From: a virus
Lineage: Duplodnaviria; Caudoviricetes
Virus record (IMG/VR): IMGVR_UViG_2866513116_000002
Span: 1-64,000 of that record
Length of the DNA: 64,000 bases
Reading direction: 5' to 3' (one strand)
Part shown: positions 56,018 through 64,000 of the stretch, piece by piece
Position numbering within the stretch: the first letter of the stretch is position 1
Layout: each line of letters starts with the position of its first letter
Position numbers and translations under genes: made by a program
The notes under the pieces: model-generated
Told to the model about the DNA's origin: nothing
The model's input: the letters and a program-made list of their open reading frames with translations, nothing else
Databases searched by the model: none

Positions 56018-57097
56018 TTGACCGCAACGTTTTACGTTCTCCCGTTCGGTAATCCGTCTTCGGGCACGTTCACCGCTGGCTTCACCGGCACTACCATGTC
56101 AACGGCGGCGTTGGCCTACGACGTGTCGGCCGCGAACTTCCAGTCGGCGCTGGCGGCGATCGTCCCCGGCACCACGGTGACGGGCAGTGGTCCGTGGGTG
56201 GTCACCGTCCCCACGGGCTACACGCTGACGGTCAATGACTCTGGGATGCCGCAGAATACGTCCATTGTGGTGCAGTCCACGGACGCCTTGTCGTGGTCGG
56301 GCAACATCATGATGAGCAACACCACCGACTATCAGTCGACGGGTGTGGCGACGGGCGTCTTCACCCCGGCCGGTGGCGTGGCGAATCTCCCGGCCTTGGT
56401 GGATGGACAGCCCGGGCAACCTCCGGAGCTGAACTTCCAGGCTACGCCGGTGAATCCGGGTAACCCGCCGACGATCTCGCAGACGCAGACCTCTCCAGGT
56501 GGCGCAGGGCAGCCGTCGGCGTACACGGTGACCATCGGTGTGCCCACAGGGCAGACGGGAGCCACCGGGCCAACGGCGACGGTGAGCACAGCCTCGGATG
56601 TGGAGGGCACGCCGTCGGACGGCGCCGCGCTGATCTACTCGGGAGCCGACGAGAAGTGGAAGATCCAGGCGATCTGGGTGCCTGCCCTGTACTCATGCCA
56701 GAGCTTCACCGCTGGGACAGGGACGGGCTCGTCGACGGTAACCATCGCCTCTCTGGGCATCCCCGCGCAGCCGTTCGCGTGGCGTCCCCGCGTGACCGCG
56801 CAGGCACAGTTGACCGGCACGGTGAACACCCACCTGGATCTCGCGGTGTACCTCAACGGGACCTCGGGCACGCAGGTCGGATACGGCCAAGGTGTCACCG
56901 GAGCACTCACGCAGACGGTCTCCTGCCTTCCCGCGTTCGGCTCGTCGATCTCCGGCTCGTCGGCCTACGCAGAGGTGGCGGCGGGAGCGACCGCAACCCT
57001 GTATTTCGTTGCGCTGCAAACAGCATCGACCACCGATCAGTGGTCAGTGTCGGTTGCGCACGCCTCGTTTGAGATCGAAGTGGTGCCGCTCGCATGA
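56018..57097 (+). CDS. Minor tail protein
   Basis: GTFT..TAAL.Y..A..Q.ALAA; GQTGATGP; IPAQPFAWRP. Confidence 0.8.
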   Translation: MTATFYVLPFGNPSSGTFTAGFTGTTMSTAALAYDVSAANFQSALAAIVPGTTVTGSGPWVVTVPTGYTLTVNDSGMPQNTSIVVQSTDALSWSGNIMMSNTTDYQSTGVATGVFTPAGGVANLPALVDGQPGQPPELNFQATPVNPGNPPTISQTQTSPGGAGQPSAYTVTIGVPTGQTGATGPTATVSTASDVEGTPSDGAALIYSGADEKWKIQAIWVPALYSCQSFTAGTGTGSSTVTIASLGIPAQPFAWRPRVTAQAQLTGTVNTHLDLAVYLNGTSGTQVGYGQGVTGALTQTVSCLPAFGSSISGSSAYAEVAAGATATLYFVALQTASTTDQWSVSVAHASFEIEVVPLA

Positions 57098-59022
57098 CCG
57101 AGCCCAGCTCGATCCTCAATGGGGTCGTCAAGACGTCGTGGCCATCGGACATGCTGCCGTCGGAGACCTCCAACGTCATCGACATGCTCCCGGCGATCTG
57201 GAAGGCGTTCTTCCTCGGGATCGTGGGCAACATCGCGATCAACATCGCGAACGCCGCGGACATTGACGGCCTGGATCCGCTTGCACTCCTGCGGCAGTGG
57301 GGCCAGGAGCAGGAGCAAGCTGCCTCGAATGCGTTGGCGGCCGCGAACTCGGCACAGACCACGGCGACGTCGGCGCAGTCAACCGCCAACAATGCGTCCA
57401 CGACGGCGAACACCGCGAACACGACCGCGACCAACGCGCTGAGTGCCGCGCAGAACGCGCTGCAGAACGCGGAGAATGCTCTTGGTCAGCTCGGCACGCT
57501 GATTGGTGATGTCCTCGGCGGGCAGTCGACGGCGGCCGATCTGGCGGCCTTCATTACCGGCCTCGACGGCATCATCGACCCGTCGCGGATCGCGCAGGTG
57601 TCGGCGTCGGCGATCGGCGCGGTCGGGACTCCGAATCTGCTGACCAATGGCAGCTTTGTCGATTCGGTGTCGATGGCGCCGGAGGGCTCGGGGTGGACGT
57701 GGGATGGCACCACCACTCACAGCAACACCGCACCCTCGGGGCACACCGACGGGTCGGTGACGACCACCGGCACTGGAGTGCAGCAGACCCTCGTGTCGAA
57801 TGTGGTGGCGGTCAGTGCGGGCCAGTCTCTTTCGGTCGCCGGGTGGCTGAAGTGGTCCGGGGTCACCGCCTCAGGTTCGGCGTTCTCGCTGAACGTCATC
57901 TCCTACCTCGACGGTAATCAGTTGTCGCATCAGACGATCGGCAGCGTTGTGTCCCCGTCAGCGGCCGGGTCGTGGCAGGAGATCACCGGCACCTACACGG
58001 TGCCCTCGGGTGCTGATCAGGTCCGCGTCCAGCTCGTGGTGACCGCGAATGTCACTGCGGGGCAAGTGTGGTGGGATGACCTGTCGCTGACAAAGACGCA
58101 GACGATCGACCAATCGCTGATCACCGACCTCGAGAACGCGCTGTCCACAATCAATTCGACGTTCAACCAGATCGGGCAGACGCTAGAAGGCGAAGCCGTG
58201 ACCGCAATCAGCACTGCGGTCACCAATGTGCAGAACTTCGCGGCTTCGCTGACCGGGTGGCAGTCAACAACGACCGCCAACGCGCAAGCCGTGGTCGACG
58301 GCATTATCAACGGAGCGACCAACGCATCCGGGTCTGGCTATGCGACCTCGGAGGTCCAAGCTGCCGTTGCCGGTCTCGCCACCGGGTATGCGACGCCCGC
58401 TTACGTGTCGAATCTGACGGATATGGCCACGGTCCCGCGTCAGTCGGTCATTGGATGGTCAACGCAGATACCGAGCGGATGCCCCCTGGTCTGTTCGTCG
58501 TCGGGGCTGCCAACGTTCCCTCCACAGGTGGACAAGTTCGGATCACCGGGCACGGGCACCGCCTACTTCACCCCCATTGTCTCGGACCGGAAGGGCACGC
58601 TGGGAAAGCTGCGATTCATCACTGGAGCGGACGGTGCACTCTTCTCCATCGACGCATGGTTCCTCGACGTGTACGTCTACTCCGGGGGCACCCTCACCAA
58701 GGTGACGAGCAACGGAAACCTGAAGTCCGCCATGATGTCATCCCTTGGCGAGCAGAGTATCGACATTTCCTCCTTCGGAATCAACGTCGTGCCAGCTGAG
58801 ATCCTGTTCGTCGCTCACCTCCAGCAGGCGCCCGGATTGGCCCAGACAGCTCGCAGCTACGCTGCCGCCCCGAATAACGGAGTTCCACGGGCTGACGTTG
58901 TGCTGCAACACGCGTACTACACCCAGACCGGACTCAGCACACTGCCTCAGACCGTCAGCCTCTCCAGCCTCACGGGCGCAGATCGAATGATCCCCTGGGC
59001 GGCAGTCAGCGTTGTCTCGTGA
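57094..59022 (+). CDS. Minor tail/receptor-binding protein with carbohydrate-binding-like module
   Basis: NLL.NGSF..W..G..W..GTYTVP.G..V.WDD. Confidence 0.8.
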   Translation: MTEPSSILNGVVKTSWPSDMLPSETSNVIDMLPAIWKAFFLGIVGNIAINIANAADIDGLDPLALLRQWGQEQEQAASNALAAANSAQTTATSAQSTANNASTTANTANTTATNALSAAQNALQNAENALGQLGTLIGDVLGGQSTAADLAAFITGLDGIIDPSRIAQVSASAIGAVGTPNLLTNGSFVDSVSMAPEGSGWTWDGTTTHSNTAPSGHTDGSVTTTGTGVQQTLVSNVVAVSAGQSLSVAGWLKWSGVTASGSAFSLNVISYLDGNQLSHQTIGSVVSPSAAGSWQEITGTYTVPSGADQVRVQLVVTANVTAGQVWWDDLSLTKTQTIDQSLITDLENALSTINSTFNQIGQTLEGEAVTAISTAVTNVQNFAASLTGWQSTTTANAQAVVDGIINGATNASGSGYATSEVQAAVAGLATGYATPAYVSNLTDMATVPRQSVIGWSTQIPSGCPLVCSSSGLPTFPPQVDKFGSPGTGTAYFTPIVSDRKGTLGKLRFITGADGALFSIDAWFLDVYVYSGGTLTKVTSNGNLKSAMMSSLGEQSIDISSFGINVVPAEILFVAHLQQAPGLAQTARSYAAAPNNGVPRADVVLQHAYYTQTGLSTLPQTVSLSSLTGADRMIPWAAVSVVS

Positions 59023-60074
59023 CCGGCTGGTCACCGTCGGGTCCGTCCGACCAGTCCCAACCGCTCAACGGATGGTCACCGCCCGGACCGCCGACTGTGA
59101 CCGCGCCGCGCGTCGGCTGGTGGTACGAGCCCGTCGTCGCGGCTCTGCTCTCCGGATCGGGCCAGCTATCGGTCAGCGCGTACGTTCGCGTGCCAGCCGC
59201 CGTCAATCTCGCAGGAGCAGGACAGCTCTCGGTCGCGGCGTACGCCATCACCCCGGCCGCCGCGCAGTTCGCCGGAGTCGGAGCGCTCACCGCCACCGCC
59301 TACGCCCGCGTGCCTGCCGATGCGCAACTCATCGGCGCGGGTGTGCTCGCCGTCGCCGCTCAACGCTGGTACCAGTACGTCACTGCCGCCCTCGCCGGTA
59401 GCGGCGCATTGTCGGTGGGCGCCTACGCCAGAGTGCCCGCCACGGTGGCCCTCGCCGGTGCTGGAGCGCTCGCCGTCGGCGCAGCATTCCCAGCGAAGTC
59501 CGCGACCACCACCACCTACGCCACCGCAGGCACCTCGACGTACACCATTCCCTGGTGGTGCCGCTACATCGACGTCATCATGGTCGGCTCAGGCGGTGGC
59601 GGATCCGGAGGCGACACCGGATTCGGTGCCACCGGCAACGGCGGGTCGGCCGGATCCTGGACCGCGGTCACCCTCACCCGAGGTGTCGACATCCCTTGGA
59701 ACGCAACCACACTGACCGTCACCGTCGGCACCGGCGGCACCGGCGGCGCCAAAGGCACAAGCGGCAACACCGGCACCGCCACCACCCTCACCTACACCGA
59801 CCCGTCAGGCACCAGTCACACCGTCACCGCAGCAGCCGGAGCGGGTGCACCCTACGGCGGCGGCACCGGACAACCCGGCGCATCGCCGGGGAACGAGACC
59901 TACAACGGCGTCACCTACACCGGGGGCGGCACCGCAACCTCCGGCTCGTCCGGCTCGGCTGGAAAGTCGCCCGGCGGTGGTGGTGGCGGCGGCGCGGGCG
60001 GCTACTTCGGTAGCGGCAGCCCCGGATTCAACGGCGCACCAGGCGCATCCTGGCTCGTCGCGCGACAAACCTAA
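59019..60074 (+). CDS. Glycine-rich minor tail protein
   Basis: Repeated LAG.G.L.V.AY units; G-rich C-terminus. Confidence 0.8.
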   Translation: MTGWSPSGPSDQSQPLNGWSPPGPPTVTAPRVGWWYEPVVAALLSGSGQLSVSAYVRVPAAVNLAGAGQLSVAAYAITPAAAQFAGVGALTATAYARVPADAQLIGAGVLAVAAQRWYQYVTAALAGSGALSVGAYARVPATVALAGAGALAVGAAFPAKSATTTTYATAGTSTYTIPWWCRYIDVIMVGSGGGGSGGDTGFGATGNGGSAGSWTAVTLTRGVDIPWNATTLTVTVGTGGTGGAKGTSGNTGTATTLTYTDPSGTSHTVTAAAGAGAPYGGGTGQPGASPGNETYNGVTYTGGGTATSGSSGSAGKSPGGGGGGGAGGYFGSGSPGFNGAPGASWLVARQT

Positions 60075-60085
60075 AGGAGACCCAC

Positions 60086-60427
60086 ATGGTCGCAGTCACC
60101 AGCACCAAGCAAACACTCGCCGCGTACTACGCCACTCTCGGACCGTATTTCGGCCTCGCAACCGGCAGTCCGGGAGCCACGGCTACGCCCGCCAACGAGG
60201 CATCCGGCGGCTCGTACGCCCGCGTCGCCACCACCTGGTCGGCCGGATCGGGCGGGGTGATGAACGGGAGTGCCGTCACCGTCAACGCCCAGGCTGGCAC
60301 CTACACCTACGCCATCATGTGCTCGGGAGCGTCGGGCAACAACATGATCGACAACGTCGCCATCACCTCAACAGTCCTGTCAGCTCCCGGGCAAATCGTT
60401 CTGACACCGACCTACACACAGTCATGA
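60086..60427 (+). CDS. Small tail fibre/structural protein
   Basis: L.T..PG..NE..GG.YAR..W. Confidence 0.7.
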   Translation: MVAVTSTKQTLAAYYATLGPYFGLATGSPGATATPANEASGGSYARVATTWSAGSGGVMNGSAVTVNAQAGTYTYAIMCSGASGNNMIDNVAITSTVLSAPGQIVLTPTYTQS

Positions 60428-60750
60428 CCGCCCCCGTCCACGGCGACGGCCGTCTCGCTATCACCGTGTGGCCCACCTTCATTGGCGTCATCGGACGCTG
60501 CGCCGACGGAACCCTCGGAGAGCCCACCCACCACCCCGACTATCGGCGATCCCAGATCACCTGGACCACAGGCGTACTCGTCACCGGACGCGCCCGGATC
60601 GCCGCCCCCGCAGGAGAGTGGACACACTTCGCCTACTTCCGTGGCCCTGGCGACCACGAGCCCGTCGGCGAGCCGGTCCCGATCGGTCAGTTCCCCATCC
60701 GCCTACCCGCAGGCGGCGTCATCGACGCCGATCCCATCATCGTCAACTGA
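60424..60750 (+). CDS. Small structural protein
   Basis: ATGA-coupled; EP..DY.R.QI.W. Confidence 0.6.
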   Translation: MTAPVHGDGRLAITVWPTFIGVIGRCADGTLGEPTHHPDYRRSQITWTTGVLVTGRARIAAPAGEWTHFAYFRGPGDHEPVGEPVPIGQFPIRLPAGGVIDADPIIVN

Positions 60751-60760
60751 AAGGGCGACC

Positions 60761-61465
60761 ATGTCTCTCTTCGCCGACGTTTCGGAGTTCCAGAACGTCG
60801 TGAACGACTCGTACCCGTACCAGATCCTCTCGATTCGCGCGAACGATGGCACATACCGCGACGGACACTTCGCCGCCAACTATCTCTGGATGTGCGACGC
60901 TCTCAACAGCGGTCGTCTCGCGTGCGGAATCGTCTACGCCTACTGGCGCACGAACTGGCAGGACACCGTCAACACGATGCGGTCGATGATCGACTCCTGC
61001 GGTGGCCTGCACCCCAAGGTCATCCTGATGATCGACCTCGAGCGCGGCGGCAACCCGGCCGGCGACGAGACCGGAGCCGTAGACGCGACGGTCGACGCCA
61101 TGGCCGCCTACGCCGGGAACCTCAAGCGGGTCATCGTCTACGCGAACTCCGGCGACTTTCATGAGATGTGGGCGGAATACTCGACTCGGCTCCCACAGAT
61201 CGGCGGCCTGATCGCGGCCGGGTACGGCGCCAATCCTGGCCTGCCGTACCAGATCGCCCACCAGTACACCGACGGAAGCGGTTACGGCGGTGGACTTCCC
61301 GAAGGAACGGCACCATTCGGGAACTGCGACATGAACAGTGCCGACAACCTCACCCCGCAGCAGTTCGCGTCGCTCTGCGGTGTCGGCCCGACGAACCCCG
61401 GAGGCATGACCGACGCGCAGTACGCCCAATTCGCCACCTACATGGGGCAACTCGGACCCTCGTGA
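60761..61465 (+). CDS. Endolysin (lysin A), GH25-like muramidase
   Basis: FADVSEFQ, IRANDG, MIDLE, Y.N..D, AHQYTD, CDMN. Confidence 0.85.
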   Translation: MSLFADVSEFQNVVNDSYPYQILSIRANDGTYRDGHFAANYLWMCDALNSGRLACGIVYAYWRTNWQDTVNTMRSMIDSCGGLHPKVILMIDLERGGNPAGDETGAVDATVDAMAAYAGNLKRVIVYANSGDFHEMWAEYSTRLPQIGGLIAAGYGANPGLPYQIAHQYTDGSGYGGGLPEGTAPFGNCDMNSADNLTPQQFASLCGVGPTNPGGMTDAQYAQFATYMGQLGPS

Positions 61466-61584
61466 CCACCGAGAGCGCCGCGGCCGAATGGCTCGCGCAG
61501 CAACGGCGCCGCACCGACGCCACCGAGCACGTCGCCCGACTACTCGCCAACAACGCCCAACTGAGACCCCTGAAAGGAATCCCG

Positions 61585-61962
61585 ATGTCCGATCCCGTCG
61601 CCAACGCCTCCCAATTGGGAGACGCACAGAGCACGTGGGGCAAGACCCCGCGTCAGCTCGCCGCCCAGTACAACGCCGACCAGTCCGACTGGGGCCGCGT
61701 CTCGATCGAGCGCGCCGCACTCCTCGCGGGCAACACGCAGTTGTCGTGGAGCCCCTACGCCAACGGCAACACCACCAAGTTCGACGTCGAAGCTCTGATC
61801 CGGGCGACCGACGCCCGCTCGGATGCCATGTACGTCGAGGCCGGCGCCGCATTCGGCGACCCCGATTCCATCTCTCGCCTCACCGCCGCCGCAGCAGCGG
61901 GAAACGCCCGCGCCATTGCGTGCTGCAAGCACCTCGGCCTCACCTACGGGAGCGCATCGTGA
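61585..61962 (+). CDS. Stand-alone lysin C-terminal-like domain
   Basis: GAAAGGA RBS; D..VE..A..GDP..I..L..A motif; may start at GTG 61462. Confidence 0.55.
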   Translation: MSDPVANASQLGDAQSTWGKTPRQLAAQYNADQSDWGRVSIERAALLAGNTQLSWSPYANGNTTKFDVEALIRATDARSDAMYVEAGAAFGDPDSISRLTAAAAAGNARAIACCKHLGLTYGSAS

Positions 61963-62606
61963 AGTACAACAAGGCAATCTGGTCCGGGGCACTGTCGGTC
62001 GCCTCGGGGCTTGTGTTCATCTTGACCGTCGCACAGCCATACCTTCCGACGAAGGTTGGTGTGCCCATCGGCATCATCCTGCTGATCGCGATCCCCGTCG
62101 TCACCTACCTGGTGCCCAACTTCGACCGCATCAGGGCCGATGCGGAGAAGGTGCTGAAAGACGCCAAGACCGGCAACGTCACCGCAGTGGTGCACGACGG
62201 CGCCCTGTTCGTTCGTGAGGACCTGGAGCCCGCACTCACAGCGGGGCAGGCATATCGGCAGAAGGTCGACAGCGAAGGAGCGACCGCGATCCTCTCCGGC
62301 GCAGACGGGCTGATCGGTGACGTCGAGCGCTATGCGCCAGCGCTCGGGAAAACCGTCCCTGCCGTCACCGAGGTGACCGCCGAGATACCGAAGGTCGAGC
62401 AGGCCGTGCACGCGGCGCGGGCAGGTCTCGCGGGCATTGCGAAGTTCACGGATACCCCCATCGCCAACGAGGCGTTGGCAGCCGCATCGGAGGCCAGCGC
62501 TGTCGCCACCAAGGTCACCCCGATCGCCAACGTGGCCGTCGCCGACGCCGAGAAGGTGATGTCCGCGCTACCGGTGGCCGACCTCCGCAAGGCACTCGGG
62601 TTGTGA
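61959..62606 (+). CDS. Holin-like protein with long cytoplasmic tail
   Basis: YNKAI, two TMs, VTYLVPN; in the lysis cassette. Confidence 0.7.
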   Translation: MKYNKAIWSGALSVASGLVFILTVAQPYLPTKVGVPIGIILLIAIPVVTYLVPNFDRIRADAEKVLKDAKTGNVTAVVHDGALFVREDLEPALTAGQAYRQKVDSEGATAILSGADGLIGDVERYAPALGKTVPAVTEVTAEIPKVEQAVHAARAGLAGIAKFTDTPIANEALAAASEASAVATKVTPIANVAVADAEKVMSALPVADLRKALGL

Positions 62607-62989
62607 CGGCTCAGGCGAAGCTACTCGCACACGAGTCGGCCCGGTGGCTTTCCGTGCTCCTCCTCGGATTGGCGGCTGTGCTGATCCTTGGTGGCCAGCA
62701 GCGAGTCTCGGGCCCGTCATACAAGTTCGTCCACGACCTCGGCGGCTCCGACGTGTGGGGGCTGCTGTTCTTCGCCGGGGCGTTTGCGGTAGCCATCGCC
62801 AGCCTGAAGTGGCCCAGGGCGCTGAAGTGGGCGCTACGCCTCGCCGCAGTGAGCTTCCTGCTCTTCGCCCTCGCCGGGATCGGCGCGGCCATCGCCTCGC
62901 CGATCGCCGGCCTCACCGGGATCGTGGTGTATCTCTGGCTGGCCTGCTGGGTCGTGTGGGTCGCAGCCGGGGTGGATGATGTCCGCTGA
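62603..62989 (+). CDS. Four-TM membrane protein (lysis cassette)
   Basis: Hydrophobic, coupled. Confidence 0.7.
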   Translation: MTAQAKLLAHESARWLSVLLLGLAAVLILGGQQRVSGPSYKFVHDLGGSDVWGLLFFAGAFAVAIASLKWPRALKWALRLAAVSFLLFALAGIGAAIASPIAGLTGIVVYLWLACWVVWVAAGVDDVR

Positions 62990-63443
62990 CGAGCCCGCAC
63001 CCCTTGTGTGGGTCGGCGTCCGGGGCGCTGCCCCGTTCGAGAAGGCCGTCTTCTGGGCAGGCGTCCTACTGGGCCTGATCAGCCTGTGTACCGAGGTGGA
63101 TGTGTCCAACGCTCTCGCCGCGTCGTGGCCGCAGTACTTCCGTATGGGCAACGACGTCTTCTATGCCATCTACGGGATCGGCGGCCTCATCGGCGTGGTG
63201 GCGACGTGGCGTACCTCGGACTGTCCCACGATCTCTCATCGGCGTGCGACTTCCGAGGCGTGGGCGCTGTTCGTGTGCGCGATGGCTCAACTGGCCTACT
63301 CTGCTGCGGCATTCGATGCCGGACACGGCGGTATCCACGGCGGTGTGGTTGGGGCACTCCTGGCCGCCGCCTGTGCAATTCGTATCCGGCAGATCCGGTC
63401 TGATCTGAAAAAACTACGGCAGGTGAGAGACGGTGACGAGTGA
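62976..63443 (+). CDS. Four-TM membrane protein (lysis cassette)
   Basis: Hydrophobic, overlapping. Confidence 0.7.
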   Translation: MMSADEPAPLVWVGVRGAAPFEKAVFWAGVLLGLISLCTEVDVSNALAASWPQYFRMGNDVFYAIYGIGGLIGVVATWRTSDCPTISHRRATSEAWALFVCAMAQLAYSAAAFDAGHGGIHGGVVGALLAAACAIRIRQIRSDLKKLRQVRDGDE

Positions 63444-63766
63444 TCACGCAGGTAATCGCGATCTTCACAGCACTCTCCGGCGCGGGCCTGCTGTCGTGGA
63501 TCGCGGCGCTGGTCAAGCAGTGGATGGACCGTGGGCATCGACGAGTCCATGACGAGTCGATCGTGGCCGCCACCACCCGCAACCTCATCGAGCCCGTCCA
63601 ACAGGAGTCGGAGCGTCGCCTGCAACGAATCGTGTTCCTCAAGAGAGTGATTCGGCGGCTGGACGACCACCTCGACGACTGCCGAGATGCGGCACGCAAT
63701 GCGGGAATCACCCTGCCATTGATGGACGACGACCTCCGCAACCAGATCGACGAGATCGGAGAATGA
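63440..63766 (+). CDS. Single-TM coiled-coil protein (lysis cassette)
   Basis: N-terminal TM, charged helix. Confidence 0.65.
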   Translation: MITQVIAIFTALSGAGLLSWIAALVKQWMDRGHRRVHDESIVAATTRNLIEPVQQESERRLQRIVFLKRVIRRLDDHLDDCRDAARNAGITLPLMDDDLRNQIDEIGE

Positions 63767-64000
63767 CAATGCAGATCACCAAGGTCATCCGCTGCCGTGG
63801 GATCGGCGAAGACCCCACCGGCCACGACACAATGCTCGAGGGGGTCACCGATCTCATCCCCGGGATCGAGACAGTCGAGCTGCCCTGGTCGGCTCAATAC
63901 GGCCCCGTGGGACGTGCAGGCCTCACCGGCGACGACTACCTCCACGCCCTCCAGCAAGGCGTGGCCCTGGCGCTCGCCGAACTCGATCGAGGGCCCGCCG
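63763..64000 (+). CDS. Lysin B-like (cutinase/PE-PPE) esterase, truncated by the window
   Basis: MTMQITKVIRCRGIGE..ML..ELPWSAQYGPV; open to the window end. Confidence 0.65.
   Translation, partial: MTMQITKVIRCRGIGEDPTGHDTMLEGVTDLIPGIETVELPWSAQYGPVGRAGLTGDDYLHALQQGVALALAELDRGPA

Larger units (their letters stand above)
2191..64000. mobile_element. Temperate siphovirus prophage integrated at tRNA-Ala; right end outside the window
   Basis: Integrase beside tRNA, then repressor/Cro, replication, terminase, portal, capsid, tail and lysis genes in canonical order. Confidence 0.97.

Noticed and set aside
53340-60750. Diversity-generating retroelement or invertible tail cassette
   Set aside because: No reverse transcriptase, TR/VR pair or invertase seen in the window; the prophage right end is not visible

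Overview
High-GC actinobacterial DNA, probably Gordonia/Williamsia-like (inferred from gene content). Bases 1-2190 are host chromosome: sepX/glpR-like gene, a hypothetical gene and tRNA-Ala(CGC). From about 2190 to the window end is a temperate siphovirus prophage integrated at the tRNA 3' end; attR lies beyond the window. It contains (1) a leftward lysogeny operon: repressor, membrane genes, a putative toxin-antitoxin-SecB-like chaperone (TAC) triad, an ImmA peptidase behind a PafBC-type DNA-damage promoter, a lipoprotein and a tyrosine integrase; (2) a long rightward early region: Cro, antirepressor, Xis, DUF2303 pair, phosphatase, Sak4-like ATPase, WhiB, three DNA methyltransferases, replication initiator with iterons, DnaQ and RusA, with many small genes bounded by short direct repeats; (3) a second TA pair, a structured intergenic element and a cluster of small genes including an Acb2/Tad1-like candidate; (4) an HK97-like head, siphoviral tail and lysis cassette. 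Best candidates for something new: the divergent TAC module, PafBC-driven ImmA induction, the two-frame modular C5 methyltransferase and the repeat-bounded gene cassette array. All family calls come from motif recognition by eye; no database searches were run.
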